This document shows, in pieces, positions 14,965 through 28,000 of a stretch of DNA of 64,000 bases (position 1 is its first letter; the number at the start of each line of letters is the position of its first letter). The notes below the pieces were generated by a model. That model had not been told where the DNA came from, did not search any database, and was given only the letters and a program-made list of their open reading frames with translations. The stretch comes from Eledone cirrhosa (Eukaryota): positions 79,980,001 through 80,044,000 of the forward strand of contig OZ024740.1 of assembly GCA_964016885.1 (NCBI GenBank), in the 5' to 3' direction. The position numbers and the translations under genes were made by a program.

Positions 14965-15375
14965 TTGTAGTGTTTGTGTCACAAAAAATGCACCCTGTTC
15001 ATTTTGTATAGTGGTAGTGCTTGTGCCATGATAAACTGTATCCAGTAAACACTGTTAAGTGCTAGTGTTGGTGTCATAATAAAATGTATCCAGTACATAT
15101 TGTAAGTGGTAGTGTTTGTGCTATGATAAAATGTACTCAGTACACTCTGTAACATAGTAGTGCTTGTATTACAATAAAATGTATCCAATACACTCGCTAA
15201 GTAGTAGTGTTGTTGCCATGATAAAATTTACCCAGTACACACTGTAAAGTGGTATTGCTTGTACCATTATAAAATGCACCCAGTAGACTTTGTAACTAGT
15301 AGTGTTGGTTTCACAATAAAATGTACCCAATACACTCTATAAGTGGCAGTGTTGGTGCCATGATAAAATGTGGTT
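14965..15375 (+). repeat. ~47-bp degenerate tandem repeat, about 9 copies, from the RTE/SINE tail unit
   Basis: Unit gtagtgttggtgccatgataaaatgtacccagtacactctgtaaagtg runs into gtggttggtgttag. A shorter array of a related unit lies at 38510-38710. Confidence 0.85.
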
Positions 15376-15714
15376 GGTGTTAGGGCATCCAACAGTATTC
15401 ATGCCACAATTGGAATGTATGAGCAAGAGTTAGTCCCTCCCCAACCTGTCTTGTTTCGGACTATGATAGGTCCTCCAACCTATGAAAGCATTGAAAGCAG
15501 ATGCAATATGACAATGATGATGATGATATATAGGTACAAAGATAATCAGCTGCAGCATGTGTGAGAGAGAAGACTGTGCTGGTATGGACATGTGATGTGT
15601 ATGCAGCATAAGGTTTGAGTGAATAAAGGTCAAATGATTTAAATGAAAAGAACTGACAGAACAGGAAGATTGGGGAAGAAATGGTGTAGACTAATAGTGG
15701 GATGCTGAAACACA

Positions 15715-15923
15715 TTAACTCTTTAGCATTTAAACTGGCCGTATCTGGCCAGAATTCTCACACTTCTTTCTGTTCAAACTGGCTGTAACCAGCCACTCAT
15801 ACTGATGTTAAAGTATTGTTCTCTAAATAAATAATATCAAAATCTCATAGATTTGATATTGTATGAGATAGTGTTTACCATTAAAATATCATAGTAAATA
15901 TAATGTAAATGCTAAATGGTTAA
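15715..15923 (+). mobile_element. piggyBac-like MITE, family 1, inserted in an RTE fragment (right-truncated copy at 51049-51265)
   Basis: ttaactctttagcattta ... taaatgctaaatggttaa. Confidence 0.85.
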
Positions 15924-16835
15924 AGATGGCAAGGTATGAAAAGAAGTGCCACTTTTCATTCCTTGCTATCGCTTTAACCAACATAGTAAAATGAATGCAT
16001 GATGATGTATGTATGTATGTTCATTTGTTTTGGTTATATTAATTTATAGACATTACAATACAACAGGAGGAAATGTAATAGTACCACTGATGATGTCAAA
16101 GGTGTGTGATGAAAGAACTTTGATAGACTATATTTATATCTATATTTTTAACCATTGGTCAATCAATGATAAACATTGATTGATTGCATGCTAAATTAAC
16201 TAGAGGGATATAAAATATAAAGAAGCAAAAACCAATCCAAACCAAACAGTGATTGTGTTTTATTATTATTTCTGGCAATAGGGTGGTGGATTGGCAGTAT
16301 CGGTAGTGTCGGACACCATGCTTTCCAGCGTAGTTACGTCCCTTTATGGTCTGAGTTCAAATCCTGCTGAGGTTAACTTTGCCTTTCATATAGAGTGCAT
16401 AGCTTAGTAATCAGAAAGTCACTCCAGGTAGAGCTGCTACTTCTCCGAATTGAGAGATTACAGCTTTGATATTATGGGCATGTGGTTAGTGTCTCAGGAA
16501 AGAATTGCTGGACAGATTTTACGGGCAAAACCAACTGGCAGGAGACCCAGGAGTAAACTCTGAGCAAGATGGTTTGATAACATCCATGAGCTTGGCTGGT
16601 TTCGCTTGGGGGATCCAGCTGGATCAGTTGGAGATGGTTGCTTCTGACAGGACCTGCTGGAAGGACTGTTTGAGGACACTGTCCACATGACCCTCTCAGG
16701 AATATGTGGGAGAAGATGTGTGTTTATGTGTGTTGCAAGAGATGTCAACATGAATGGACCTGTTATTTTTATCTAAAGACATTTTTTCCAATTCCATCCC
16801 GCCCGTCCCCTCAATCTATTTTATTTCTCATTCTT

Positions 16836-16871
16836 TCTTCTGATGAAGGACTAGCGTCCGAAACGTTAAGA
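16836..16871 (+). ncRNA. Minimal type I hammerhead motif
   Basis: UCUU-CUGAUGA-A-GGAC(UAGC)GUCC-GAAA-CGUU/AAGA, with palindromic stem III (ACGU). Predicted cut after 16867. Confidence 0.75.
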
Positions 16872-17157
16872 CCCTCTTCCTGCTATATCAAGCGTTAACG
16901 TAATATATACCTTCCATATACTGTACCGATTGTGTTGTTATTTCTGTTTACATACATATATATATATATATAGAGAGAGAGAGGTAGAACACTGGAAGGT
17001 AATATCTGTAGTGGTAGAGCACTCAGTCCATGGGACGAGTTTGATAGAACTAGTAACACAACAGTTGGTTCACTATACCGAGAACAATTGTTTAATCTTG
17101 TGTGGATCTTCAGCTCGGACTGGGCATGGTTATACATGGGTTATAACCATGACCAGT

Positions 17158-17198
17158 CCAAGCTGAAGATCCGCTTAAGGTGAAACAATTGTTCTCGG
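17158..17198 (+). ncRNA. Minimal hammerhead-like motif in the right arm of a palindrome (mutated mirror copy at 17078-17118, minus)
   Basis: CCAAG-CUGAAGA-UCC(GCUUAA)GGU-GAAA-CAAUUG-UU/CUCGG. The mirror copy has a perfect CCGAG/CUCGG stem I but GAAA is changed to UAAA. Stem II is weak. Confidence 0.6.
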
Positions 17199-17227
17199 TA
17201 TGGTGAACTAACTGTTGTGATACTAGT

Positions 17228-17262
<35 letters not shown>

Positions 17263-17971
17263 GTGAATTAGTTTCTAGAACGTTAAGGCCATCTTCTTGC
17301 TATTTCAAGCATTAAACTAGTATATTCCTTCCATATACTGTACCGATTGTGTTGCTGTTTCTGTTTACCTTTTACATACATATATATATAAAATGATCAT
17401 CGTCGTTTTTATGTCCACTTCTCCATGCTTGCATTGGTTGAACTGGTCCTTTTCAGTACAGCATCTCTCCACTCATCGCATTCCTTTGTCATCTCTTCTG
17501 TGAGTTTCAGTGATTTGAGATCAGCTCTCACCACCTTTGCCTAGGTCTACCATGATCTACTTCCGTTTCCTTCTACTGCGATTTCCTGGCACTTCTTCAC
17601 CTAGTGATCACAATTCACGTCCATACCACTACACTCTTCTCTCTTGCACACTACCTCTGATTCCTCTTAAACTCAGTTCATCTCTCAGTTCACCCAAGCT
17701 CTACCGTTCTCTCACATTAACATTGCACATCTGATGAAGCATGGTTGCTTCATTTCACTCCAGCCTGCACATGTCTTCTGAAGTCACTGCCTATGTTTCA
17801 CTACCATGTTTTATTCATTGGACTGTGCCCATACTGTGGCACCAATCAGTTCAACATAAAGGGTTCAGCCAAAAATATTCACAGCAATTTCTATTTGTTA
17901 AACTTTTAATTTACGAGGAGTAAACCACCGTATAAATGCACGCGCACTTACACGTGCACTTACACACGCAC

Positions 17972-18041
<70 letters not shown>

Positions 18042-21000
18042 TTAGGTTCTACAGTTTCCATCTATAAAATTTTACTCTTAAGGCATTGGTCACCCTGCGC
18101 CTATAGTACCTAATTCAAGCCCCCCCCCCCTCTCTCTCTCTCTCTCAACACTTGTTCAAGATACCACACAGTAGGACTGAACCCCAAACCACTTGGTTGC
18201 AAAACAAGCTCTGCAGCAAGAGCTTTAGTATATCTTAATGCTTCTTCTGTTGTTATTGTTGTTGCAACATCTATATCTCTTTGAATCTTTATCTAACTCC
18301 ATTTTGCAATTGCTAACTGCTGCTGCTCATTTTACTGCTACTTATACTACTACTGCTATTACTACCACAACTACTATTGCTGCCGATTTTACTGCTGCTG
18401 CTTTTACTACTACTATTACTGTTACTACTATTGCTGCTGCCTATGATGTTGCTGTTTTCTTCAAATGCATCTTGCTGTAAATGCAATACTGAGAACTACT
18501 ATTGGTGTTTAGTTCGCACTAAGTGCTGCAGCTAGATGTGATGGTGCATCTCATACTGCTGCTGTTAATGATGTCTGGTGCTGTTGATGATAATGGTGAT
18601 GGTGTTGTGGTGATGGTGGCGTTGTGGTGATGGTAATGATGGTGGTGTTGTAATATTGGCAGTGGTGATGGTGGTGTTGTAATGGGAGTAGTGGTGTTGT
18701 GGTGTCAATGGCGGTGGTTAATTTTAACTCCATGTCAGACTTGATCAAGTTGGCTTATGATCAAAAGCTTTCCAGCTGTGATCATCCTGTCTTTTTGTAT
18801 AGCAATGACTAAATTTCTATTTTAACTTTATATATACACAGAAAATAGCAAAACAAAACATAGTGAGTTGGTTGTGCATTTGAGGGAATTTGGCTCCCAT
18901 TTCTGGCAGATTGGGGTGACCACATATAGGGTCATCGTTTCATGGCAGTGGTAGAATGGGTGTTGCTGATGATGCTGATATTGATGTTAATGATGGTGAT
19001 GGTTATGTCAGATGTAAGGTGAATGATCATGATGATAATGGTAGTATTTGCAGAGGTGGGATTGATGATAATGGTGGTGATGATTGAGATGATAATGATG
19101 GTGATGATGATGGTGATGGTGGTGATGGTGTAAATGGTGATGATGATAATGGTGGTAGTGGTGGTGGTGGTGATGGTGATGGTAGTGGTGGTGATGGTAA
19201 TGGTGGTTGCACTACCGCAGTTTGATAAGACGCATGCATTTTTACATCCAGAATGAAACTGCATTTGTGTGTCTGTACTTGTGTGTGTGTTTGTGCACGT
19301 GTGTGTCACTCTGTGTGTTTGTGTAAGTGTGTGTCTGTGTACTTGTGTGTGTTTGTGTGTGCCTGTGTGTGTCTGTGTACTTGTGTGTGTGTTTGTGTGT
19401 GTCTGTGCATTTGTTTGGGTTCACTTTGCTTCGTTATTCATTTATCTGATGCATCCCATCACCATGGTAACAAATACTATATCATTAAAAAAAAAAAAGC
19501 GACAACATTTTCTATAATCACTATTTGTGGTTGAGATTTGAACTCACTATTGCAAATTCAGGAAACATAATCAGCTTTGCAGTGTTCCCACTTATTCCTT
19601 TTAACTAAATAATTAGTGAATCAGAAGAAGGGGCAGCACCCACAGGTTTTGTAGTCATTCCTCCCATATTTCTGAGATTGAAATATGTTTTTTATGAATG
19701 AGAAATACATGGTCATCTGACCTGGCATTGCTCACAACAGAATCACTCTTCTAACCCATACCAGCATGGAAACATGGACATTAAACAATGATGATGAAAC
19801 ATTCATGACTCTTGTCGAGACGAAGTGAGAGTATATTAAAATTCATAGAAAAATGAGAAAACTCAACTCTAGAACAGCTGTTAAAACAGCCAAATGCTGT
19901 CAAAGACAGTGATAGGCAAAAATGCCTGAAGACATAGACTAGCAGACAACGGTTGGCAGCGAGTCAATCTATGAGGTGGGCGACAGGCAGATATATTTTT
20001 TTTCATTTGTATATGTAATTTTTTAAAATCTCATATATATCTTTATTGATTAAACACGATATATTAATACATAAACACAATTTATATATTAATATATAAA
20101 CACAATTTATATATTAATATATAAACACAATTTAGCAGTAGAACTAACATAGCATGGTTCATAATATGAAAGCATATTCAAAATATTTATGTAAAATGTT
20201 TTTTTAATTTAGGTATAGTCAACAATTTGGGGGAAGGGGAAAGTCTTTTAAATTGACCCAGGGTATTACTAGTACTTATTTTATTGACACTGTGAGAACG
20301 AAAGGCAAAGCTAATCACAGTAGGATTTGAGCTTAGAACATAAAGGGCTGAAACTATATGCCACAAAGCATGTTGTCCGAAGCTCTACCATTATTACCAA
20401 TCTACGACCCTTATATTTATGTATAATAAACATTAATGACAAATCTCTTGTATGTTTATTATATATGAACATATTGAATGTGTCTTCATATACACCTCTA
20501 TTATAAAAACAGTTTAGTTTTTTTTATAAAGTGGGAGAAAAAAGTCTGTGCAGGAAAACTACAGTGGTGATTTGTTGGAAACTAGGATTTTTTAAAACAG
20601 AGTAATCCCTGTTGAAACATCTAAGGGACCAGGTGGTGTTGTTAAACAGGGAGACTGGTATAGAGGAGGCTCCAACCTCAAAAACTTTGAAAAAAAGATA
20701 AATATAAAAACAAAATCTCTGGTAATTTCAGATATTTTAGGAAGATGTTTTGTACATATGACAGATCCTCTTGGTTACTTATAATTGCAATTTTATTTCT
20801 TTTGTCATGTGATAATGCTTCTTAAAATTATAGTTGTTTGAGAAGAGTGAAAATACCTGTAAGTTTGATATTCAACATCGTATCATCATATTCTTGCAAC
20901 TGGTTTAGCCAGTTGTTGGGGTGCCACTCTAGATGCTTTCACTCGACGCCACTGGTCTCTATTGTCCATCATGTACATAAATGTCTTGGTGTTGTGACTA

Positions 21001-21276
21001 GACCAGTCCAGTCTATTCATATTTAACATATGAATTCTAATAAAATGTAGTCCTGTTTTTTTGTTGATCAATTTCTTAAACCTGCCTCTTGGTTTAAAAT
21101 TGGCTCATTTAAAAATGTAATCTTCATTTTCTAGGAAGCATGGTAAATTTTCAAGAATTATTTAACCCCCCCCCCCACCAAGTGTCTTAAATGGTGAAAA
21201 CTACAATAAGTCAATACTATACCTCTATTTACAACTAAGTGATGTACGAGGGGTAGATGGGTAGGTAGGTACTCTG

Positions 21277-21700
21277 ACTCTCAGGTCCCAAGTAATAGGG
21301 AGTGGGGTGGAATAAGTGGGGTTGGGTGTGGGTAGGTGGAATAAGTGGGTGGAGTGATTGGAAAATCGGTAATTTTTCTAGGTTTTCTCCGTTGATTTAA
21401 AAAAAACCCAAAAAACAATTAGTCGTTTAGTTTACATATTGAGACCCCAACCCATCCTATTTATTTTATAACATGAGATTTCTAGTAATGTACTTTTTTT
21501 GTCATGTATAATGTTTTTTAATGTATAAAGAAAATTAATTGTTGCAGGAATGTTACCACCTAAAATAAAATTTTGGCAGAGATGATTAAGCAAAATTTAA
21601 TAAGTTGGGTGAGGTGTTTGAATAAGAGCAGGGGGTTTTGAAAAAATCTGGAAAATTAATAAGCAAAGGCAGAGGAATGATTATTCGAGACCCGAGAGTA
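21277..21700 (-). mobile_element. Second copy of the TA-flanked MITE
   Basis: Reverse-complement similarity to 10017-10391. Ends ttattcgagacccgagagta. Confidence 0.8.
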
Positions 21701-22494
21701 GGTATCTAGGATGTGAAGTGAATAAATTTCATTTTATATATCATGCCTTCATGTTTACTGTCAAACTTACCAGTATTTACTATTTATTTGCAGTTTTATC
21801 AGCAAAGTTCAATAGTTCATCATACAAAATCTAACACATGGGTAAGTATAACAATTATAATATTAAAAAAAAAATTTCTTGGATTTATTTGAGTAGCAGT
21901 GATTGGGTATAAGGTTTGAAAGGGCAAATCACTGGTTTATTGTACAAAATGATGTATGTATGATTAGTGTAGGTGTCCCATCTATATATAAGGTATACTG
22001 TCCTAAGGCTAACAACTAAAATGTGGTCACTATTTTCAGAATAGTTGTTCAGAATGGAATCCAGCCCCTCTCCAGGAGTGAGCACAGGTGATTTCTTCCA
22101 AAAAAGCTGAAAGAGAGAGCATGGAAGAGTTAAAGTGAGAAAGAATGAATCACCCTGCTGTCCATGATTAATATTTTTTTTTTATTGACCTCGAATGTAT
22201 GTTTTAATGCCTCTTGAAAAAATATTAAATATTTATTTTGCATGAATAGCGTACTATAATGCGTGTGGTTTTTAATTTTTATTTATTTATTGGGAAAATT
22301 AGACTTGAATTACGTGAATTTGCTTTATGCGCTGTGTTCTTGAATGCATCTTTGCGTAAAAAGCAAACAGATTGTGTATATATGTATATTTATAAGTATA
22401 TGAATATTTATATAAGTTTATATGTTTATATGTATAGGTGTGTGTATATATTTTCAAAACTCTTATCTATTTTTATTTTTTCTATCTTTTATAG

Positions 22495-22848
22495 AGGTAA
22501 CCTGCCGCCATGAGCCACTTGGCTTTAATACATCGTGTTCATCTCAAGTCACTTCACTAGGTTGCAACTCCACTCCAACTCAAGTTCCACCTCTGCCTTC
22601 TCCTCCACTCCATACCATGGTTCCAACAACTCAACCAACACCAGCCAACACAACAGTAACTGGAGCTGACATGACAGTGACAACAACAAGCCTGGCACCA
22701 ATAAATCCCACTGACTCATCTGTAGAACAGGCTGTCTTGAGTATTCCTACTTCTGATTATCTGGAAGAAGAAAAACCTCTCTTACCAGGAATTAGTGTTC
22801 GTGCTGCTACTTTGGAAAAACTGATTCAAATCTGTGTAGAGAGTTTTT
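22495..22848 (+). CDS. RASGRP: RasGRP-like exon: P/T-rich N-terminal extension and start of REM domain
   Basis: Acceptor ttttatag, donor gtgagt at 22849, 354 nt in phase 1-1. Ends VRAATLEKLIQICVESF, resembling the RasGRP REM start. Confidence 0.85.
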
Positions 22849-24917
22849 GTGAGTATAGAAAATGTATAACAACTCTCTAAATTCTCTTGCTAATTCCTAA
22901 ACATCTTCACTTTATTTAGGTTTCTCCGGCAACCCAGATCTGTAACAATTCAGCTATTATTGTTTTAGATGCAGTCTAGGATGTCTGTCTTCTAGATTAT
23001 ATCTAAAAACAGGCCATCCAATTGGTATAAAGATGCTCGTCAACACATCCCAATCTCAGATCCACAAACATTCTGATCCTCACTGTTTTATCTGCTGCTA
23101 CTACAATGACTTTTGTTCTTCTGAGCTGATAGTCTTGTGTCCCCTCCACTCAGATCCTTGTGACCCACTTACCTTCTCCTTTTATCATCTATAAAAGAGG
23201 CTGTCTACTCTGTAAAGTGGTAGTTCAGATGACACAACAAAAAACTACCTGGTCAATCCTGTTATATGGTTGTTTTGGTGCCATGGTAAAAAGCACACAT
23301 CCACACTGTAATGTGGTTGGTGTTAAGAAAGGCATAGAAACCAATCACACGCACTAAATAAAAATACAGAATGATTGGCAGGTAGGTCCTGGTAAAGTAA
23401 TCTAAAACCAGAAAAACTTCACAAGCATCTTACCCTGAGGGTAGAGTTTTTGTTAAGCAACCTTAAGCTTAAGGGCTCAACAAATACTACCCTTTCTGCA
23501 GTTTCACAAGCAAAAGATCAGAATTGACTGTCTCAATATATTAAGGCAGTCCATTCTGCCAGAAGGGCTCAATCATTAAAGGGGTTTCTATTATTATTAT
23601 AAGAAAAGGATATATTAACCTGTTATTGAACAGCATGTGATTCAATCAAGTCAGCATGGTGTACAATACTGCACATACGTAGATCTATCAATAGGGTAAA
23701 TATTTGTAGATCACAGACAAAGTGACAAGTTTAAAATTGACACTAGAAATAGCAGAATGGATTGCCATTTAGGTGGTCAATTCTGTTCTTTTGCTCATGA
23801 AACTGAAGTAAGGGGATATTTGTTGAGCCCTCTAGCTTTAGGTTGCTTAATGAAAACCCCTAGGATTAGATACTTGTGAAGTTGTTCCTATTGTACATTA
23901 CTTTACCTTATGTCTCCTCTCCTTCCTTTCCACTCACTCTTCTGTGACAAACTGATGACCAGCAGAAACCTCCCTATCCTTAATACAGTATCACACTCTT
24001 TCATGTCCCATAACGCACAGCTCTACCACATCCACAGCACCTCTGCCTCACCACGTACACGCTGAAATGTCTATGATAAGCCAAAACACCACACCTCGCA
24101 CTCACATTAACCATCACTCCCCACCACCACCACCTCGTCACTATGCTTATCCCCCCACCTATCACACATGCCAAAACATTCCTCATAGCTAAACCACCAG
24201 TGAAAACAACATAAACTGACCACCATATGACCATGAAACTTTACAGACATTTCTATGCTTTATATGTTCATTCTGTCATTACAATAGCAGAAGTCCGACA
24301 AGCTTTTGATTCCAGAGTCAGGCCAGATTGATACAGATTGAACCTTGAGCTGATCAATAGCGAAACATGCGTCACCAATCAATAAATATAATGAAGGCTT
24401 AAAAAATCGTCTTTGTATTCATCATCATTTCATTTCATTTTACGTCCGCTTTTTTCCTGCTTGCAAGGGTGGGACGGGAACTGATTCTGGCTTGATTTCT
24501 ACAGCTGGATGCTCTTCCTAACACCAACCTCATTTACAGTGAGTGCTGGGTGCTTTTTTGCCGTGGCACCTCCACGACCACTTTGCAGTGGAATGATATG
24601 GACCCCAGTCCCTATTATCTCATTTCTACAGCTGAGTAAACTGGAGCAATGTGGAATAAAGTGTCTTGCTCAAGGAAACAACACGTCACCCGGTCTGAGA
24701 ATTGAACTCACAACCTTTCGATTGCAAAGCCAATGCTCTAACCACTAAGCCATGTGCCTCCATCCACTAAATGTGGTTGGTGTTAGGAAGGGCATCCAGC
24801 TGTAGAAAACTGTTCTATAGGAGCGAGACATGGTCACCCGATCAATCTTGCCTCAAGTGGGACTATTCCCATCTAACTCATGCTAGCATGGAAGATAGAC
24901 ATTAAATGATGATGATG

Positions 24918-25010
<93 letters not shown>

Positions 25011-28000
25011 CTGGTTTTATATATATCAGTAGAGTAAAAATAAATGTGTGATTTAGTATTCTCATCAGAGCCGAAAGAGAGACTTATGACATTTTAACTC
25101 AGAAATCAAAACACATCACCGAAGTGATAGACCTGCAGTAAAGGTGGAATCTTGATATTAAAAAGGTTCAAGTTATAAATCGTTAGACTTCCATTTTGTT
25201 TATGTTCGAAAATGAACATACAAGTGACTTTCATATATATATATATTGCAAGCATTATATCCTTACGGGGTCGATAAAATGAAGTACCAGTCACGCACTG
25301 GGGTTGATTTAATCGACTTTCCCTTCCCTCCAAATTGCTGGCCTCGTGCCTATATAAGAAACCATTATATGTTTATCACATAGTGTTCCAAATTTAATGA
25401 TGAAAAAATGGTCAGACATTTGTACTAACATGATCTGTTATTAATAGAAACTTTATGCTATTTTCAGCGAGTCATTTTGACGTAGACATGCATTGAATAA
25501 TGAGCCAGCTATTAAGAAGTATGTCACTGTACTACTAAATATACTTCAAGCAAGCAATTATTAGTTATAAGAAGTGACTAAAAGAGTTGGCCCTAGAAAG
25601 GGCATCAGGCTGTAAAACATTAAATGAAAAAGGGCCCCATGATAAGTGTGAAGTGAATCATGGGGTCTGCAAGGCTAATCACTTCTTTAGCTGTAAAAAT
25701 GGCCTTAGAATATTTGTATTATTTTATAACTTTATATATACTTTGATGTTGGTAGTTCTGTGGTTTGTTAACATTAATACACCAAAGTGCAGTCGTCGGT
25801 ATATTATATGCAAAGGTGCATCGTTTAGGGGTAGGGTGTTCAGCTCATGATAGTAAGGTTGTGAGATTAATTCCTTGACTGGGCAACATATTGTGTTCTT
25901 GAGCAAGACACTTTATTTCAAATTACTCTAGTCCACTCAGCTAGCCAAAATGAGTTGTACCTGTAATTCAAGGAACCAGCCCTGTCACATATTGTGTCAT
26001 GCTAAATCTCCCTGAAAACTACCATAATGGTGCTCATATCTGTGGAATAATCAACCATTTGCATATTAATTTCATGAATTGACAATTTCCTTGTTTGAAT
26101 CAGCTGAGCACTCAGAAACAAGAGATCATATTTCTTTTTTAGTATTAATATGCTTATAGCTGTTTTAAATTATTCTGTAACTCATCTGTACAGTGTATAT
26201 TTACATTTCATTCATTAGATTGTGGCCATGCTGGAACACCACTCTTAAGGCATTTAGTTGATTATATCGACCCCTGTACTTATTTATTTGATCTGTAGTT
26301 GTTGAAATTATGGGATATAAACAAATTATAAATGCAAATACAGACATACACACACACAAGCACACAACTCATGCCAGCATGGAAACCTTGATATAAAAGG
26401 ATTATGATGATGAATATATATATATATATATATATACACACAACATACTTCTACACAGTTACACTTACACTGTATTGGTCAACCCAAGGCTATAGTTGCA
26501 GTCACATGTACTAGGCAGCCATGCTGTGGGTCTAAACCTGAAACCATGCAGTTGCAAAGTAAACTCCTTGACCACACAGCCATACTTATTAAAATTTCAC
26601 TTGGTAGTTACACACCTCTACTCCACTACCTACATCATGGAGACAGCCTCAACTACTATTCTGTCCAAAGCATTGAGGCTTATCAGACCAGTGTATAGCC
26701 CAGTTTCATTGGCATTAAGCAACTGAATGTATATGACTCTTTGAATGGGATGCCAGTCATTTGCAAGGTTGAACCTCAGCTAATATTGGTATTAATTTTT
26801 TAGTGTTGAGTAGACTGGAACAATGTGAAATGAAGCATCTTGTTCAAGAACACAACACACCACTTTGTCTGGAAATCAAGCCCATGACCTTATGGTTGTG
26901 AAATTTAACAACTAAGCCATGTCCCTTTAACTTTAACTCCTTTATAATACTTATTTTTTATGTAAACATGTTTTATAGAAAATGACAAGAACTCTAGGGT
27001 TTCTGCCTACCAAATTATAATCATGCTGTATTGGTCAACCCAAGGCTATAGTAGCAGACACATGTACTTGGTGTCATGCTGTGAGACTAAACCTGAAACC
27101 ATGAAATGTTTCTTTAGAGGAATATTACTCAAGACAATATTTACTACAGAGTTGTTGGATGATCAAATAAAGTGGTGGGGGCGGTGGATGATCAAAGCAT
27201 GTGTGTTGCTAGTAATAAAGAAACGCTACTATAAGTAACCTGACCACATACATGAGTGTCTGTCTGTGAAACATATATTTATCATTGTGTATTTTGTTCT
27301 TTTATTCAACCCTTGTGCAAAACAAATCTGTTTACTAGTCAAAAGAACCTGACTATAGGTAAACATGTCGCTGTCGTTAATGAAGGATGATGAGCTGACT
27401 TAGCAACTACTGTTCTTGTCTAGGTAGACAAGAACAGCAGTGGATACCTTTATACTCATTGCACTGTAGACTCTTTTCTGCTATCTATATAAAGATAATC
27501 TTTATCCTTCATGCCTTAGGTCACCATACAGGACAGAACTCAAGGTCTCCTTCTACGGTAGATCTGTCAAGAATGAATCACACCCCAAATATCTATATCT
27601 TGGTGTAACATTGAATTGCAACCTGACCTATCAAGAGGGTTGCCATAAATGGGTGTCCTTTAATCAGATCCACACAAACATGCCAGGACAGCTCGTCATT
27701 TCCATCAATGGAAAATGAAAGACAGCCTAGCATGTGACTGTGGGGGGCCTGACCAGATAATACTGCATGTTGTTCAGGATTTCCCCCTCAGGCATTTTCC
27801 TGGTGGCCTTGAGGCAATCCATAATGCTGCAAATGATGCCTTGGTCTGGCTCACTGGTCTTGACCTGCTTCTCTAGATACTATGCATATATCATATGACA
27901 AGAAGAACCATTCAGTGTATGTAACTCCTCTAGAATGCCAACATTTCAGGATAAGTGTATCCAGCTGCAAAGAATAACTGGAGAAGACTTAGGCTTTGTC

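Larger units (their letters stand above)
16790..17390. mobile_element. Cluster of Penelope-like terminal fragments: hammerhead repeat, palindrome at 17046-17230, truncated direct copy at 17278-17390
   Basis: 16860-16960 is repeated directly at 17278-17390. Inverted arms of ~89 bp lie at 17046-17134 and 17142-17230. Flanks are (TA)n, (GA)n and (TC)n. Confidence 0.7.

Noticed and set aside
14965-15375. CRISPR-like regular repeats
   Set aside because: Units are contiguous and degenerate with no unique spacers, the context is eukaryotic, no cas genes are present, and the unit matches a retroposon tail.
22497-22502. Alternative acceptor AG at 22495-22496 (phase 0)
   Set aside because: The first AG after the pyrimidine tract (22493-22494) is normally used and fits the phase of the candidate upstream exon. 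This cannot be settled without transcripts.
23950-23975. ctgatgaccagcagaaac, a hammerhead-like core
   Set aside because: No stem II or stem I pairing, so compatible with chance.
27330-27890. Faint LINE RT-like string (HPKY..LGVTL); similar SQHG string near 23650
   Set aside because: Too degraded to assign a family or boundaries with confidence.
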